Part shown: one piece after another, positions 26,410 through 43,149 of the stretch | Layout: every line of letters starts with the position of its first letter | Numbering within the stretch: the stretch's first letter is position 1 | From: the human T2T-CHM13v2.0 reference genome, Homo sapiens | Assembly (NCBI RefSeq): GCF_009914755.1 | Contig: NC_060931.1 | Strand: one strand, 5' to 3' | Length of the DNA stretch: 64,000 nucleotides | Translations under genes and position numbers: made by a program | The notes under the pieces: generated by a model | Told to the model about the DNA's origin: nothing | What the model saw: only the letters and a program-made list of their open reading frames with translations | Database searches by the model: none

Positions 26410-27530
26410 ACTCTCCGACCTACAGCTTCCTCCCTATCAGGGACAATTTGGGATGTCCGATGGGCACCTCGAATGTACCAAGTCCCAAACCCAACCCCAA
26501 CCCCTCCCTGCGAGGCCCCTTCCCATCTCAGTCTGTGCCAGTGCCAGCCTTCTTGCCTTGAGCAGTGGACCCCAAACCTGGAGCCCCCTTCCCTCTCTCA
26601 CACCCTACCTCTCAACCCATCAGCCGGTCCTTTGGGCTGCTGTCCAAACAAGACCTGGAATCTGGCACCTCCCAGTGCCACGTCAACCTCCTCCAGGTTT
26701 GAGCCCCATTCTCAAGGGCTTGGACTGGTGAAGTAGCTCCTCACTCACCTCCATGCCCACGGCAGCTGGGGGGATGCTTTATCAACCATCAAACCCCGTT
26801 CCTCTTCTGCTCCGTCCCCTGGCCTCAGTGCCGCAGGATCTTTGCACATGCTGTTCCCTCTTCCTGGATGCCTTTCCCTTGCATCCTCACATGGCTATCT
26901 CTCTTGCTACCTCCTCCAGGTCTTTGCTCAAAAGTCACCTCCTCAGTGAGGTCTTCCCAGATTGCTCCTTTTACACTGCTGGCTCCTGAGCCTGACTCTC
27001 CCATCCCATCACTCCTGTTTCTCTGCTTTATTTTTCCCCATAGGACTTACTGCCATTCAACCAGTCACGCCGATCTGGGATCTTTTTTTTTTTTTTTCAG
27101 ACAGGATCTTGCTCTGTCACCCAGGCTGGAGTGCAGTGGCGTGATCACAGCTGCAACCTCAAACTCCTGGGCTCAAGTGATCCTCCCATCTCAGCCTCCC
27201 GAGTAGCTGGGACCATAGGCACACGCTACCATATCCAGCTAATTTTTTAAACATTTTTGTAGAGAGGAGAGGCTCTCACTGTGTTGCCCAGGATGGTCTT
27301 TAACTCCTGGGCTCAAGTGATCCACCCACTTTGCCCTTCCAAAGTGCTGGGATTGCAGGTACGAGCCACTGTGCCCGGCCTGGGCTGCCTCCACATCTGG
27401 ACAGTCAGTCCCACAGCACAGGGAGCGCCGTTTTGTCGCCACTATGTCCCCAGTGCCTTGAAAAGCACTTGGTCCACAGGAGGGGCTCACCAAGTAGTTG
27501 TGGGATGAACGAACGAATAAATGAGTGAAT
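26410..27530. mobile_element. Probable L2 fragments interrupted by an Alu
   Basis: ctttgcacatgctgttccctcttcctggatgcc, tcacctcctcagtgagg, and a terminal gaatgaataa-like motif. Confidence 0.55.
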
Positions 27531-27694
27531 AAAGTGGCTGAGAATGTCCCCACACCTATGGCCTCCCAGACATTGACTGTTCTGAACACCCGGAACCCAA
27601 ATGCACCTTCTTGTGGTCTGGCCTGGGTTTCCTCGCAAGGTGGGCATTGCGCTGCTGGGAGGACGCCCCCACCCCCATGTCCCGCGGGCCTCAC

Positions 27695-27935
27695 CTGCCG
27701 GCTCCCGCTGCTTGGGGCTCACTTTGCCTGCTGCCAGGATCATGGGCACGCTGCCGAAGGAGCCGTTGCTGATGCCCATGAGCAGTGAGAAAATGCAGGG
27801 CCAGGCGGGGTGGCGGAGGGCGGGCATGCCGCTGGGGTAGACGCACAGGGTGAAGAGGGGGATGAAGACCACACGCAGGCAGGAGCAGGCCAGCAGGTGG
27901 GTGCCCCGCCAGTCCACGGGCAGGGCTACCAGGAT
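27695..27935 (-). pseudogene. SLC29A4: SLC29A4-like exon (ILVALPVDWRG...SPKQREPA)
   Basis: AG 27937-27936; GT 27694-27693; 241 nt, phase 0/1. Confidence 0.92.
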
Positions 27936-28166
27936 CTGCAGAGAGCCAGGCACGTGGCCGCCCTGTCCTGGCCACAGCCCCACTCCCCTCATACCCCCGA
28001 CAGCCTCCAGCCACATCCCCATCCTTAAACACTCCTGGGCCTGTCCAGCTCAGCCTGCACCCCTGCCCTTCTCCGGATCGCCCCTCTAAAACCCCCCAAA
28101 TTCCACTTACATTTTTTTCCCTTAGAGTCAGGGTATCGGTCTAACCCCCAAGCTCGAGTGCAGTGA

Positions 28167-28519
<353 letters not shown>

Positions 28520-28923
28520 TGATCTACCCATCTCTGGCCTCCCAAACTGCTGGGATTACAGGCATAAGCCACTGAACCTGGCCATTTCTTTGAGCCATTT
28601 CTGAGTGTCCCTGCCCTCTCTGGGTCCCCTCTGGGGCATCCTCCTGTGCTCATCCCCGGGGGATCTGTGACCATGAGGCGAGAGGGTGAGGGCCACGCCT
28701 GTCCTCTGAGATACAGCTGACACTCCGGAGCGCCCCAGTGAGATCAGGCCGGAGCTGTCCTCCAGAGGACACTGTCCAGGATGGTGCCACTGCATGGCTC
28801 TTGCCCTTTCCACCTGGGAGCCACATGCATCCTTCACTCAGAACCCTTCCCGGATGGGCCAGGGCCTCCCCGTCACCCCCACCCCATGGTGTCCCCCGAC
28901 ACCGGGCAGGGCAGGCAGCCCAC

Positions 28924-29111
28924 CTTGCCCACGAAGTCTGACAGGTTGAACACAGCCATCATGAGGATGGGCAGCCACTCGCCCAGGATGCAGTGGCAGA
29001 TCTCAGACTCGAGGTCGGGGAACAGGCACAGCGTGATGAAGTAGGTCACGGCGATGGAGAGCATGTCGGCCCAGATCACCCCTGCCACCACGTAGCGGTG
29101 CAGTAACACGG
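28924..29111 (-). pseudogene. SLC29A4: SLC29A4-like exon (VLLHRYVVAGVIWADML...SDFVGK)
   Basis: AG 29113-29112; GT 28923-28922; 188 nt, phase 1/0. Confidence 0.92.
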
Positions 29112-29233
29112 CTGGGCGGTGGCGGGTGGGGGTCAGAGGCAGCGCCCACGGGGACCCCTACCTGCCTCCCCCACCCCCTCACCCCCTGCCTGGGTGCCAG
29201 CCCCAGGGCTGCAGAGGGACCCCCCGCACTCAC

Positions 29234-29842
<609 letters not shown>

Positions 29843-31156
29843 TGAGCCTGGCTGTCTCTCACACTTCTGATGCAGCAAATTCCATCTCATCACTCCCGTG
29901 AACCCTCTACCAGCTTCTGACCAAACCAACAAGAGCATCTAGTCCCCCATGACCCCTTTGCTTCTCCCCTCCTCTAAACCCAACAGAGCTCCTCCCAACC
30001 TCTGAGCCACTGCACACACTTTTCCCTGTGCCCCAACACCCTTCCTGTGGGTCAGGTCTTAGCCCAAAAGTCCTTCAGGGAACCTCCCTGACCATGAGAG
30101 GGACACACCCCTCCCCTGGCTTGTCCCCTTCCATCCTGGGCCCCTCTCTGGGTCTGGGGGCTCCCCTGGGGATGGTGTTTCTGGCTCACTTCAGTGTCCC
30201 CAGCCAAGTGCCCAGGTGACTCACTGGATCAAGACCTGCATCAAGACCGTTCTGGTTCTGGACCCTCAGGAATGAGGACCAATGGCTCCCTCGACCCGCC
30301 TCTGCATGGCCTGGCACTCCTGACCTCACCCTGCAGGTGTCCCCAGGCCTGTACAGCTGCCGGCCCTGACCCTGGGGGGCTGTGCAGCGCTGCTGCCATC
30401 AGAGGGCACCCCAGCCCCCCAAGGACAACTGCCTGCCCAGGGATGGTGGGATAGGGCACCTCCTGGCAGGGGCTGTCTGTGCTGGGGACCCCGTAGGGGC
30501 AGTGCCTCTGTGCTGTGACAGGGAAGCCCAGCAGAGCCAGGGGCCACAGAACCAAGCCCCTGGCCCTCCCTCTCCGCCTGTCTATCCCCACCTGGGAGAC
30601 CACTCCCTTTCCTGGCTGGTGACTTCTGTGGGAAATTCTGGGGGCCCCGCCACACCCCCTCAGGGAACCCAGGGTTATCCCTGAGCCCTGACTTCCCTCC
30701 TGGCGTCCCGTCTCTAGGGAGGAAGAGTGTGAGCTTCCTAGAGAGTTTGCTGCCAGGCTGAGCCTGCAGGAGGACTCTCCAACGTGGGTTGGCGCAGCCA
30801 GGAGGGCTGAGACCCTCAGAACGAACGTGGGCTGTCCCAGGGATGGAAACTTTAGTGTACATCATGTGGGGTGTCACTGCGGACAGGGACCATGCATGCC
30901 CCATGCCGTGGGACACAGCAGCTGGGCCGATCTCCGGACCACAGATGCGGGTAGAGTGGGGCCTTAGGCCACGAGAGGTGAGGTGCCACTAAGAATCCAC
31001 ACCTGAGTCGACAGAATAAAGGGTGCTGGCGGGAAGGATTCTCCACCACAGCAGGAGGCCGCAGCCTGGGATGCAGGGCAGGGGCTGGGCCCCAGGTACT
31101 TCCCTACGTCGCGGTGGGGACAGAGGAGGGAACGGAGGTGGGCGGTGCGCACTTAC

Positions 31157-31419
31157 GAAGTGGACGTCCCCGGCGACGACGTCGTGGTGCACGCGGTAGC
31201 CAGAGCCCCTGCCCAGGCCTGGCCTGCCCCGGCGGCTGTCGCGCGGCCGTGTGGTATAGAAGAGCACGAAGCCGCTGCACCGCACTAACAGGTGCAGCAG
31301 GAAGCACAGCAGCTCCAGCGCCACCGACACCAGGAAGAAGATGAGCATGCTGGCGCGCTCGTCGGGCAGCAGTAGCTCCGTGAGGATGCGGCTCAGAGAG
31401 ATCATCACGCCCGCAGTGC
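31157..31419 (-). pseudogene. SLC29A4: SLC29A4-like exon, first retained (TAGVMISLSRILTELLLPDER...GDVHF); CpG-rich
   Basis: ccccAG 31421-31420; GTaagt 31156-31155; 263 nt, phase 1/0. Confidence 0.92.
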
Positions 31420-31469
31420 CTGGGGAGCGTGCACAGTGGGCCGGGGGCCTAATCCGCCCAGCTCCCTGC

Positions 31470-31545
31470 ACCGCCCTGCCCCGCCCCAGCCCCGCTCCGC
31501 CCCGCCCCAGCCCCGCTCCGCCCCGCCCCAGCCCCGCCCACACAC
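31470..31545 (-). promoter_or_regulatory. 21-bp GC-box/G-quadruplex tandem repeat (GGAGCGGGGCTGGGGCGGGGC, about 3 copies)
   Basis: Read directly; several GGGGCGGGGC Sp/KLF-type boxes; function inferred only. Confidence 0.45.
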
Positions 31546-32917
31546 AGGCCCCTCCCCGCCGGCCCCGCCCTCCACCACCGGCCCTGCCCCAACCCACAGG
31601 CTCCTCCATCACCGCCGGCCCTGCCCACTGCCACCACCCCACTCCCACAACCAGACCTGCTCCACCAGCCCCTTCCAGCAATTCCTACAATGAGTGGTCC
31701 AGCTGCATCCCGCCCCCCACTCAGCTCCGCCCCCACTCAGCCACGCCCAGCTGCATCCCAACCCCCGACTCAGCTTGGCCCCACACAGCCCCGTCCCACC
31801 CGCTCCCCCAGCTCCCCGCCCCACCTCCCTTCCCAGCCCCGCCCCCTTCCGCTCCCTCTAAGTCCTGAGTCCCGTCTCTCCCACCCCAACTCCGAGTGTC
31901 CTCAGCTCCGCCCCAGCCACAAGAGGAGCTGCCCCTCACAGCGGCCCCACCCCGACGCCGCTCACACACCCCCACCATGGGGCATTTACCCAGTGCCTGC
32001 CGTGTCGCTGCACCCTCCTGCTCTGAGGACGCAGTAGGGCCACGATGACACACGGGCGCAGGGTGGGAAGAGGATGGATGCAACAAGATTGTGCGTGATT
32101 CAGGCAGGGGGCAAAAAGGAATGGAACAGAGGGCGCGCAGAGGTGGGGGGCAGTTAGAGGACCCCTGTCCCGTTGGGGGCCTTTGACGCGGAGGTCTGCA
32201 GGACAGGGCCGGGAGTGCAGCCTGGGGACGGGTGTTCCTGGGCGGGGGCTGCTGTGAGCTCAGTGGTCATGTTTGAGGTGCTGGAAGCCGTGATTAGGGT
32301 CACGAGGCTGGGAGGGAGGGCCTTGGGGTGGGCAGGCTGTGGGATTTTTCTTTGTATGGCCATGAGCCACTGCCCAGTGTGAGGCAGGGTGGGTCAGGGC
32401 CATGGTGGGCCACCCCGTGAGGGTGGGCAGGGCTCTGAGCACGTCTTCTCTGCGGGGCCCTTGGCTCTATAAACCACGCGACATCAGTGTGCCGACACAA
32501 TTCTGCACCCACTCTCGCTCAGGCACACCACAAAATCTACCGGCCAGCGACAGGAACCAGGACCTCCCAGATGGGAGTCTGGAAGCTCCGGGGCGTCTGG
32601 TCGACCTCAGCACCAGGCAGAGGGTTGCAGAACGCCCCCCAGGAGAGAAACAAGCCAGGCCCACGTGGGTCTTGACCTGGGCTTCCGCTTCCTGCCTGGG
32701 CAGCACTGACCCCGGGCAGGTCCAGGCACAGAAGGAAGAATGGGGGGCTGGGGGAGATCTCTCATGTAAAGAAGAGCCAGCAGCATCTTAAATGTTGCTT
32801 AAGTGTCCTGGTCCTCCAGGACTTTCCACATCTTGGCTTCCTGCTTGGTTTGATCACGACAGAGAATAACCTATGGTGTGGTGGAAAGAAAGGTGCTGAC
32901 TTTGGATTTATTAGTGA

Positions 32918-33353
<436 letters not shown>

Positions 33354-34057
33354 TAGCCACTGTGCTCAGCCAAATGCTTCAGTATTTAAATAACCTGCCT
33401 CCCAGTCACCCAGCCAGTGTGTGCTGGAACTAAGATTCAAACGTAAGTCTGTCTTTCCATCAAAGCACATATTCTTTCCATCAACCATGTGGCCCCCAGC
33501 CCCAGTGCACAATGCTGGATTTTATCATATCACTAGGAAGGGCCAGGGGCCAGGTTCCAAGTGGCTTGGTGGGTTTCTGCGTCTGAGAAGTGGAGCTGGT
33601 GAGGCAGCGACTCCTTCGCTGTTTTCCAACGGCCACCACGGCTTTGATCTTGACAGCAACCAAGATGTATCGCCCCACTTTGCAGATGAAAAAACTGAGG
33701 CCCAGAGAGGTTGATTCAATGGCCCAGGCAGAGTACCTGTTTTATGCTGGAGCTGGAAATCAAACCCTGGTCTGCCAAAAACATACCCAGGCTCTTGGCT
33801 GTGTGTGGCGTGGACTTGCCTACCACATGGGCATGGTACACTGGAGAGATGAGCCTTTCTTATTTCAAAATACACAGCACTTCTTGGCCAGGTGCAGTGG
33901 CTTACGCCTGTAATCCCAGCACTTCGGTAGGCCAAGGCCGGCAGATCACTTGAGGTCAGGAGTTCAAGACCAGCCTCAGCAACATGGCGAAACCCTGTCT
34001 CTACTAAAAATCCAAAAATTAGGCGGATGTGCTAGCATGTGCCTGTAATCTCAGCTA

Positions 34058-34165
<108 letters not shown>

Positions 34166-35087
34166 TCAGAAACAAAAAATACACAGCACTTCTTAAGCCT
34201 CGGTTACCACCCCCACAGATGATCTGAAGTCCAGTCTTTCCGATTCACACCTTGGTGATCTGGGGCCCTTGTGCAGTCCACATCCTTGTCTCCCTCTGTG
34301 CCTCCCACCTGGCATGCCAGGTACCTTGTTGTGCAGCACATGGGGAGGCACCCACTGGACAGCTAGTCTCCTGGTGCACCCCCCACCCCCACGCAGGTCC
34401 CCAAAGCCTGCTGCAGCCCAGTGCACAAATTACTATTATCCTTTTTACTGTGAGCTTGGTGAGGAACAGTGGTGGTGAATAGAACATGCTGTAGTGAGGT
34501 TTTGGACTCGACACTGTGCGGGCAGTATGCCTTAGAACAGTCATAGCATGTTCTGTGCCCATTGAGTGCTAGACCTAATTATAGGCATTTGCACACAATC
34601 CTATTGAAAACTTACAAGAGGTTGGCCAAGCACAATGGCTCACGCATGTGAGCTCCCAGCTCTTTGGAGGAGGTGGCTCCCTGCACTTTGGGAGGCTGAG
34701 GTGGGAGGATCACCTGAGGTCAGGAGTTTGAGGCCAGCCTGGCCAACATGCAAAAATTAGCTGGTCATGGTGATGGGCCCCTGTAATCCCAGCTACTCAG
34801 GAAGCTGAGGCAGGAGGATCACGTGAACCCAGGAGGCAGAGGTTGAAGTGAGCTGGGATCACGCCACTACACTCCAGCTTGGGCAACAAAATTAGACTCC
34901 GTCTCCAAAAAAAAAAAAAAAAAAAAAAAAGATATTCATCCACAAAAAATGTTGGCCTCAAGCAGTCCTCCTGCCTCATTTTCCCAAAGTGCCGGGATTG
35001 CAGGTGTGAGCCACCACTCCCAGCCTGAGCATCCCAAAATGCATGATAAAGCCATGCCTTAATCCAGTCTTCTGATTTCAAACTTAG

Positions 35088-35513
<426 letters not shown>

Positions 35514-35587
35514 TAAAAAGAAAAACTCAACCTTATGAAATTGATGTTGCTGAAAAGATAACCATGGAATCCAGCAGCAGTCATTAG

Positions 35588-35890
<303 letters not shown>

Positions 35891-36546
35891 TGAGAAGCTG
35901 GTATTACAGGTGCCTGCCACCCCACCCGGCTCATTTTTGTATTTTTAGTAGAGACGAGGGTTCACCATGTTGGCCAGACTGGTCTTGAACTCCTGACCTC
36001 AAGTGATCCACCCACCTTGGCCTCCCAAAGTGCTGGGATTACAGGCGTGAGCCACCAAGCCCAGTCAAGAACTCTACATATTGAGCATTTTCATAAAGAT
36101 TTAAACCTGGATTCCTGAACCCTTGGGTCACGTCTGCAGTTGGCCATTGAGGAAAATATTAAAAGCATATTAAACACCCACTGTGTGCCCATGGTCAGGA
36201 GGAAAGGTGGTTGATGCTACAGCTTAGTTTTCCAGGAATTCAGGATCCCTGAGTCAGGCAGCCTTATCTGTCATCCTAGAACTCCAGGACAGTCCCATGT
36301 TGTGTTGGGAGTGGCCACGACTGGGAGATGGATCTGCTCTGAGCCCTGGGATCAGGGTAGCATTCCTGGGAGGTGCCTTACAGGCAGAGGGGAAATTGCT
36401 CATGTGTTCCGGGAACTGGGAGTGACTGGGTGTGGCAGGAGGTGAGCCTGAAAAATAGGCTATCCCTCAGAGCAGGACAGGTTTTACCCAGGGCCACAGG
36501 CCAGTGTCTGACGTTTCTAGATCCGTCCCAGTTTAGCTTCTTCTAA

Positions 36547-36693
<147 letters not shown>

Positions 36694-37751
36694 TAAATGG
36701 TTTTAAGGGCATGGTACCTACCTCAAGCTAACATGCACGCAGGCATGAGGGAGCCGGAACCCTAGCCTAGGATCCTCTCTTCAGCAATCCTTGCATTAAG
36801 ACCTCGCCCTAGACACTTGCTCATTCACAGATCCCTCCCCTTCTCAGAGGGAGCTGTGTTACCAAACCTTGGCTTGCACCTCCAAGGCATGCAATGGACG
36901 GGCTGGGCTCCCTGCAGGGAGGTGGGTGGGTGCGGGCCATGAAGATGAGCACAACACTGTCCCTTCCTCCCTCCCTCCCACGGGTGCTCTTCCTGGCCAG
37001 TAGCCATGTGGACACCTGGAGGGAAGCTGTTCTGTGTGGCAGAGTCACTGTGTTGTATCTGGTACTGGGGCCCTCGCCAGCGTAGGTCAGCGACTCATCC
37101 AGCCCCAGGAGGTGGCTGCTGTCTCCTCCTCATGCAGATGAGGTGGGGCTGGCATTCAAAGGCCTGGCTCCCTCCCTCCCTTCAGACTCAGAACAGCCCA
37201 GGAACCCAGCTCGAGGTCTGGGGGAAGTGGTGTGTGCATTGGGTCTTGCAGAATAGATAGGTTTTGAGTGGAGAGGCCAGCCAAGGGTGTTCCAAGTAAG
37301 CAAAGCACGGAACACGGAACTAGGCTGCAGCAGTGAAGTCACAGGAAGGGAAAGCCCACCACAGACTGGGTGAGCTGCAGAGGGAGGATGGACTGAACTC
37401 CACCTCCAGGGTCATTCTGTTTTTTTTGTTTTGTTTTGTTTTTTAAAAAAAACCACAGTCTCGTTTGGTCTTCCAGGCTGGAGTGCAGTGGCTCAATCAT
37501 AGTTCACTCCAGCCTTGAGCCCCTGGGCTCAAGTGATCCTCCCACCTCAGCCTCCGAGTAGCTGGGACTACAGGTATGCACCGCTGTGGCTGGCTAATTT
37601 GTATTTTTTTGTAGAGATAGGGTCTCGCTATGCTGCCCAAGCTGGTCTTCAATTCATGGGCTCAAGTCCTCCTCCTGCCTCAGTTTCCCAAAGTGCTGAG
37701 ATTACAGGTGCACACCACCATGCCTGGCTAATTTTTGTTTTTGTTTTTTGA

Positions 37752-37859
<108 letters not shown>

Positions 37860-38394
37860 TAGCTAGGACTACAGGCGCTTGCCACCACGCCTGGCTAATT
37901 TTTTTGTATTTTTAGTAGAGATGGGGTTTCACCGTGTTAGCCAGGATGGTCTCGATCTCCTGACCTCGTGATCCACCCACCTCAGCTTCCCAAAGTGCTG
38001 GGATTACAGGCTTGAGCCACCGCGCCCGGCCAACTAATTTTTATTTTTGGTAGAGATAGAGTCTCACTCTGCTGCCCAGGCTGGTCTTGAATTCCTGCCT
38101 CCGTTTCCTAAATTGTTGGGATTACAGGCATGAGCCACTGCGCCCAGCCTTGGGGCCCATTCTTGTCTGTGGGGCTGAGGAGACTTCATCATTTAGAAAA
38201 GGATCTTTTAAGTCATCTCTTTTAAGAAACCTCATGGCCCATTTGCATACTGAATTAATTAAACCCATCGACCTGACCATGTTCCTCAGGACTGGGCTGG
38301 AATTTCCCTGTGTTAGTGGAAGAGGGCATGGGGAGAGGTCTGAAAGTCGTGGTCCCTGTGATACAGCTCCAATGGGTGGAGGAACACTAGGGTT

Positions 38395-39108
<714 letters not shown>

Positions 39109-39614
39109 GCCCCGAAGTGTGCCATGTAAATTACCAAACCCCACATCCCTGGGAATAACCTAGTTGACAGGAGGACAGAGTTCAGGATCTTTCCAGATCC
39201 CAGCCCTTGCCTCCAGGAGATGCAGCCACCTAGTACCCTCAGTCGGAATACCTGGGAAGTGAAGGGCCCTCCCTAGGCAGATCCTAAGCCAGGAAGAGAA
39301 GCCTCTGTGTGGCTGTCAATCAGTACGGACAGCAGCCAGGGCATCTGCCCAGCTTTCTGGACAGGCTCTGCTACCCACCTGCCTCTCTTAGAAGGGCCCC
39401 AGGGAGTGTTCCAATTCATCTGGAGAAGCAACTCCAAATCCGTTGCTTACTGCAGACATCTATAATATGTGGGCTTAGGTACAGTTGAAACGGTACCATT
39501 TAGACAGTTCCCAAAATTTGTAATGGATATTGAGAAAGATACATGATACGACAGGGAAAGAAAGCACAATGCACAATCTTATGTATAGGTTGATTTCGAA
39601 TATGTACATACACA

Positions 39615-39850
39615 CACCCGTTTTAAGCAGCTTGATTGAGATACAATTCACATACCATATAATTCACCCATTTAAAATCTGCAGTTCATTGACTTTTAGG
39701 ATATTCACAAAGTTGTACAGCTGTCACCACAGGCAATTGTAAAACATTTTCATCACCCAAAAGGAAATCCCACACCCTTCAGTTGGCATCTACCAGCCCC
39801 TCCTTCCTGCCCACCCCCAGCCCGAGACCACTCTAATGTATAATACATCA
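39615..39850 (-). mobile_element. Old L1M 3'-end fragment
   Basis: ttgagatacaattcacataccatataattcacccatttaaa motif. Confidence 0.6.
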
Positions 39851-40465
39851 GTCTCTTGTGTGTCTGCATTTCATGTCACTGATTTATTTTTTTTTTTGAG
39901 ACGGAGTCTCACTCTGTTGCCTAGGCTAGAGTGTAGTGGCATTATCTCAGCTCACTGCAACCTCCGCCTCCCGGGTTCAAGCGATTCTGCCTCAGCTTCC
40001 TGAGTAGCTGGGATTACAGGTGCATGCCACCACACCCAACTAATTTTTGTATTTTTAGTAGAGATGAGGTTTCACCATCTTAGCCAGGCTGGTCTCGAGC
40101 TCCTGACCTTGTGATCTGCCCACGTTGGCCTCCCAAAGTGCTGGGATTACAGGCATAAGCCACTGCACCTGGCCACAATGATATTTTTTTGTATAATTAG
40201 GAAAACAAATTTAGAAATACAGACCTCACAGTCTGATTCCTGCCTGTGAGTGGCACATTGTAATTATACTTTTAATTTTTTTCTATATATTTGATATTTT
40301 TCTGATCACACAATGAGTATGAATTGCTAATAAAGGGGGAGGGAGTTATTTTAAAAACAAAGGGCGGTCATGTCATATTAATAGTCCTTGCAGGCAAGGC
40401 ATGGTGGCTCATGCCTGTAATCCCAGCACTTTGGCAGGCTGAGGCGGGTGGATCACCTGAGGTCA

Positions 40466-40678
<213 letters not shown>

Positions 40679-40740
40679 CTATCTCAAAAAACAGTCCTTG
40701 TAGAGTGTTCTGAAACTCTACTCAACACCAAATTCACAAC

Positions 40741-40776
<36 letters not shown>

Positions 40777-43071
40777 TAATTTGAGACAGGGTCTCACTGT
40801 GTTCCCCAGGCTGGAGTGCAGTTGTGTGAATACAGCTCACTGCAGCCTCGAACTCCTAGGCTCAGGCAATCCTCCCACTTCAGCCTCCCAAGTAGCTGGT
40901 ATTATAGGTGCATTGCCACCCCACCCAGCTAATTTTTTTATTTTTTATTCTGTAAAATTTTTATTGTTAAATTTTAATTTGTAGATACCTCATTATTTTT
41001 CCCAGGCTGGTCTTGAACTCCTCAGCTCAAGCCATCCTCCCATCTCACCCTCCCAAAGTGCTGTGATTACAGGTGTGAGCCACCACAACTGGCCTAGAAT
41101 CACAGCCTTAACTTATCAGGTTGGGGGGCGGGGGGCAGGGGGCGGTGGGGGGGCGAATGTGTCTGAGTTCCAAACAACTGACTTTCAAATTGGAATCTTA
41201 GTGCACAGCTTGTTAGAAGTTGGAAATGCTTGCATTGCACTAGTCTGCTATGCATTTGATTTTCTAGGCCCAGCTCCCACTAGCCCTCATCCCCTAGTCC
41301 TGAGAACCCCACATCCTTAATCAGGGGACCTCTCTTAGCCCTTAACAAACTGCCAGGTGGCTCAGCTGAGAGGCCCTGTAATTAAACCACATCTTTTTGC
41401 CTCTTTAATAACATCAGAGACAGCATAGTTCTAGGAAGGGACAGAGGGAATATATAATTTACTGTCCTTTGCCTGAGCCAGTATGAAATTGGTGCACATG
41501 CAGTCTTGTGTGTTTTGGCTGTAAAGCGTGATCTGTTGTCTCAGCAAGTGTGTAGGTAAGCTAAATATTCTAATAAGTCGGTCCAACCACGGCAGGCTCT
41601 TTGCATGTGCGTCCGGCACAGCTGAAGAATAGACGTCTACGCTGGAGGAAACTGGCTCAGCTAGTCAGTTCACAAAACAAACCAATCCTGGCCACGATCG
41701 CAAAACCTCACCAGTTACCTAATCTGGAATCCTGGGCATCGTCCTCGATTCGCCTTGTTCTTCTGGGCCTCACATCAACTGTGTGTGCCACTGATCTCTC
41801 CAGCCGCCCTCTCGTCCTCCTCAACACCCACAGCCACTGCCCAGCATGTCTCCCTTGGATGAGAGCAATGACTCCAGAGTGATCTCTTCCTCCTTGCCGC
41901 CTCCTGTGCTCTTTTCTCCCCGACTGCTGCCCAGGTGATGAGGGTCACCCTGCACCACTTGCTCTTGTGCCCCTCACGATCTGACCCCATTTGCTTGCCC
42001 AACTGCCTCACCCACAGATGCTGCATATGTATCCACGTTCCCACCCGGCAGACTCTCGTGGGTCCCCTATCCCCCATGGTGTGTTGTAGCCCCATTGGTG
42101 GGCTCTTAATCTGGACTCCAGGAATGGAGCACAAGCTGACATGTGAATGAGTATCTCAAAAGAGAACACATAGGTCAGGCGCAGTGGTTTAGGCCTGTAA
42201 TCCCAGCACTTTGGGAGGCTGCGGCGGGTGGATCACCTGAGGTCAGCAGTTTGAGACCAGCCTGGCCAACATAATGAAACCTCATTTATACTAAAAATAC
42301 AAAAATTAGCCGGGCATGGTGGTGGGCACCTGTAATTCCACTACTCATGAGGCTGAGGCACGAGAATCTCTTGAACTCGGGAGGCAGAGTTTGGAGCCGA
42401 GATCGCGCCACTGCCCCTCAGCCTGGGAGACAGTGCAAAACTGTCTTAAAAAAAAAAAAAAGGAATTTTATGAAATTCTTTGCTCCGGGCGTTTGAGTAT
42501 GTTCTTCCATTTACATGCGGTGTCTTACCCATCCACTGGGGTGAAATACTTTTTAAGACTCTGCTCCAAGGTCACGATTTTCCTGCCTGAGGTTCCCTTC
42601 TCCATGTCCCCAGGGATTTAATTACTTCTTAATTACGTACCTGTTTCCCTCCTAGACCCTGAGCTCCTGGGGGTAGGAACTGTCTCTTCCGCCCACCCCC
42701 GGCCCCCCAGCAGTGTCTAGCACATGGCCAGCTCTTAGTACTTGCAGAAAGAAAAAGACCACGAAGGGCACGCACGCCAGACCATTCTCTATGGAAGACC
42801 CACCCAGTGTTCCCTGCTGTATAGTGAATGGCTCCATATTCCCAAATCTCTGCTCCTGCCTCTTTTACCTTCATGAAAGGGGCCTTTTTGTGGTTTGCAG
42901 GCATTTCCTCTAAGAGGTTGAAGCCCAGTTGTCAAGCATCTACGCGGAGGAATCAGACTTCCCCTTGCTGCGGGACTTCACTAGATGTGTAATGCTTTGT
43001 AAATTACCTCTTGACAAATATTGAGCTCTTTGTTTTCTTTTCTTTCTTTCCTTTCTTTCCTTCCCTTTCAG

Positions 43072-43149
43072 ATTGACACGTTATTAAAAGAAGCAAGGAA
43101 GCTGAAGCAGCTTTCTTGAATGTCTACAAAAGATTGATTGACATCCCAG
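43072..43149 (+). pseudogene. CUX1: Orphan duplicated CUX1/CASP N-terminal exon (..[21 protein letters not shown]), frameshifted
   Basis: Long polypyrimidine tract, then cAG 43070-43071; GTaagc at 43150. The peptide matches CUX1 [26 protein letters not shown] as recalled. 78 nt versus 79 expected. Confidence 0.85.

Noticed and set aside
34290-34350. Possible SLC29A4 upstream exon (LHNKVPG versus LHHKYPG)
   Set aside because: The resemblance is short and chance-level; the flanking residues do not match the ENT4 TM1 sequence.
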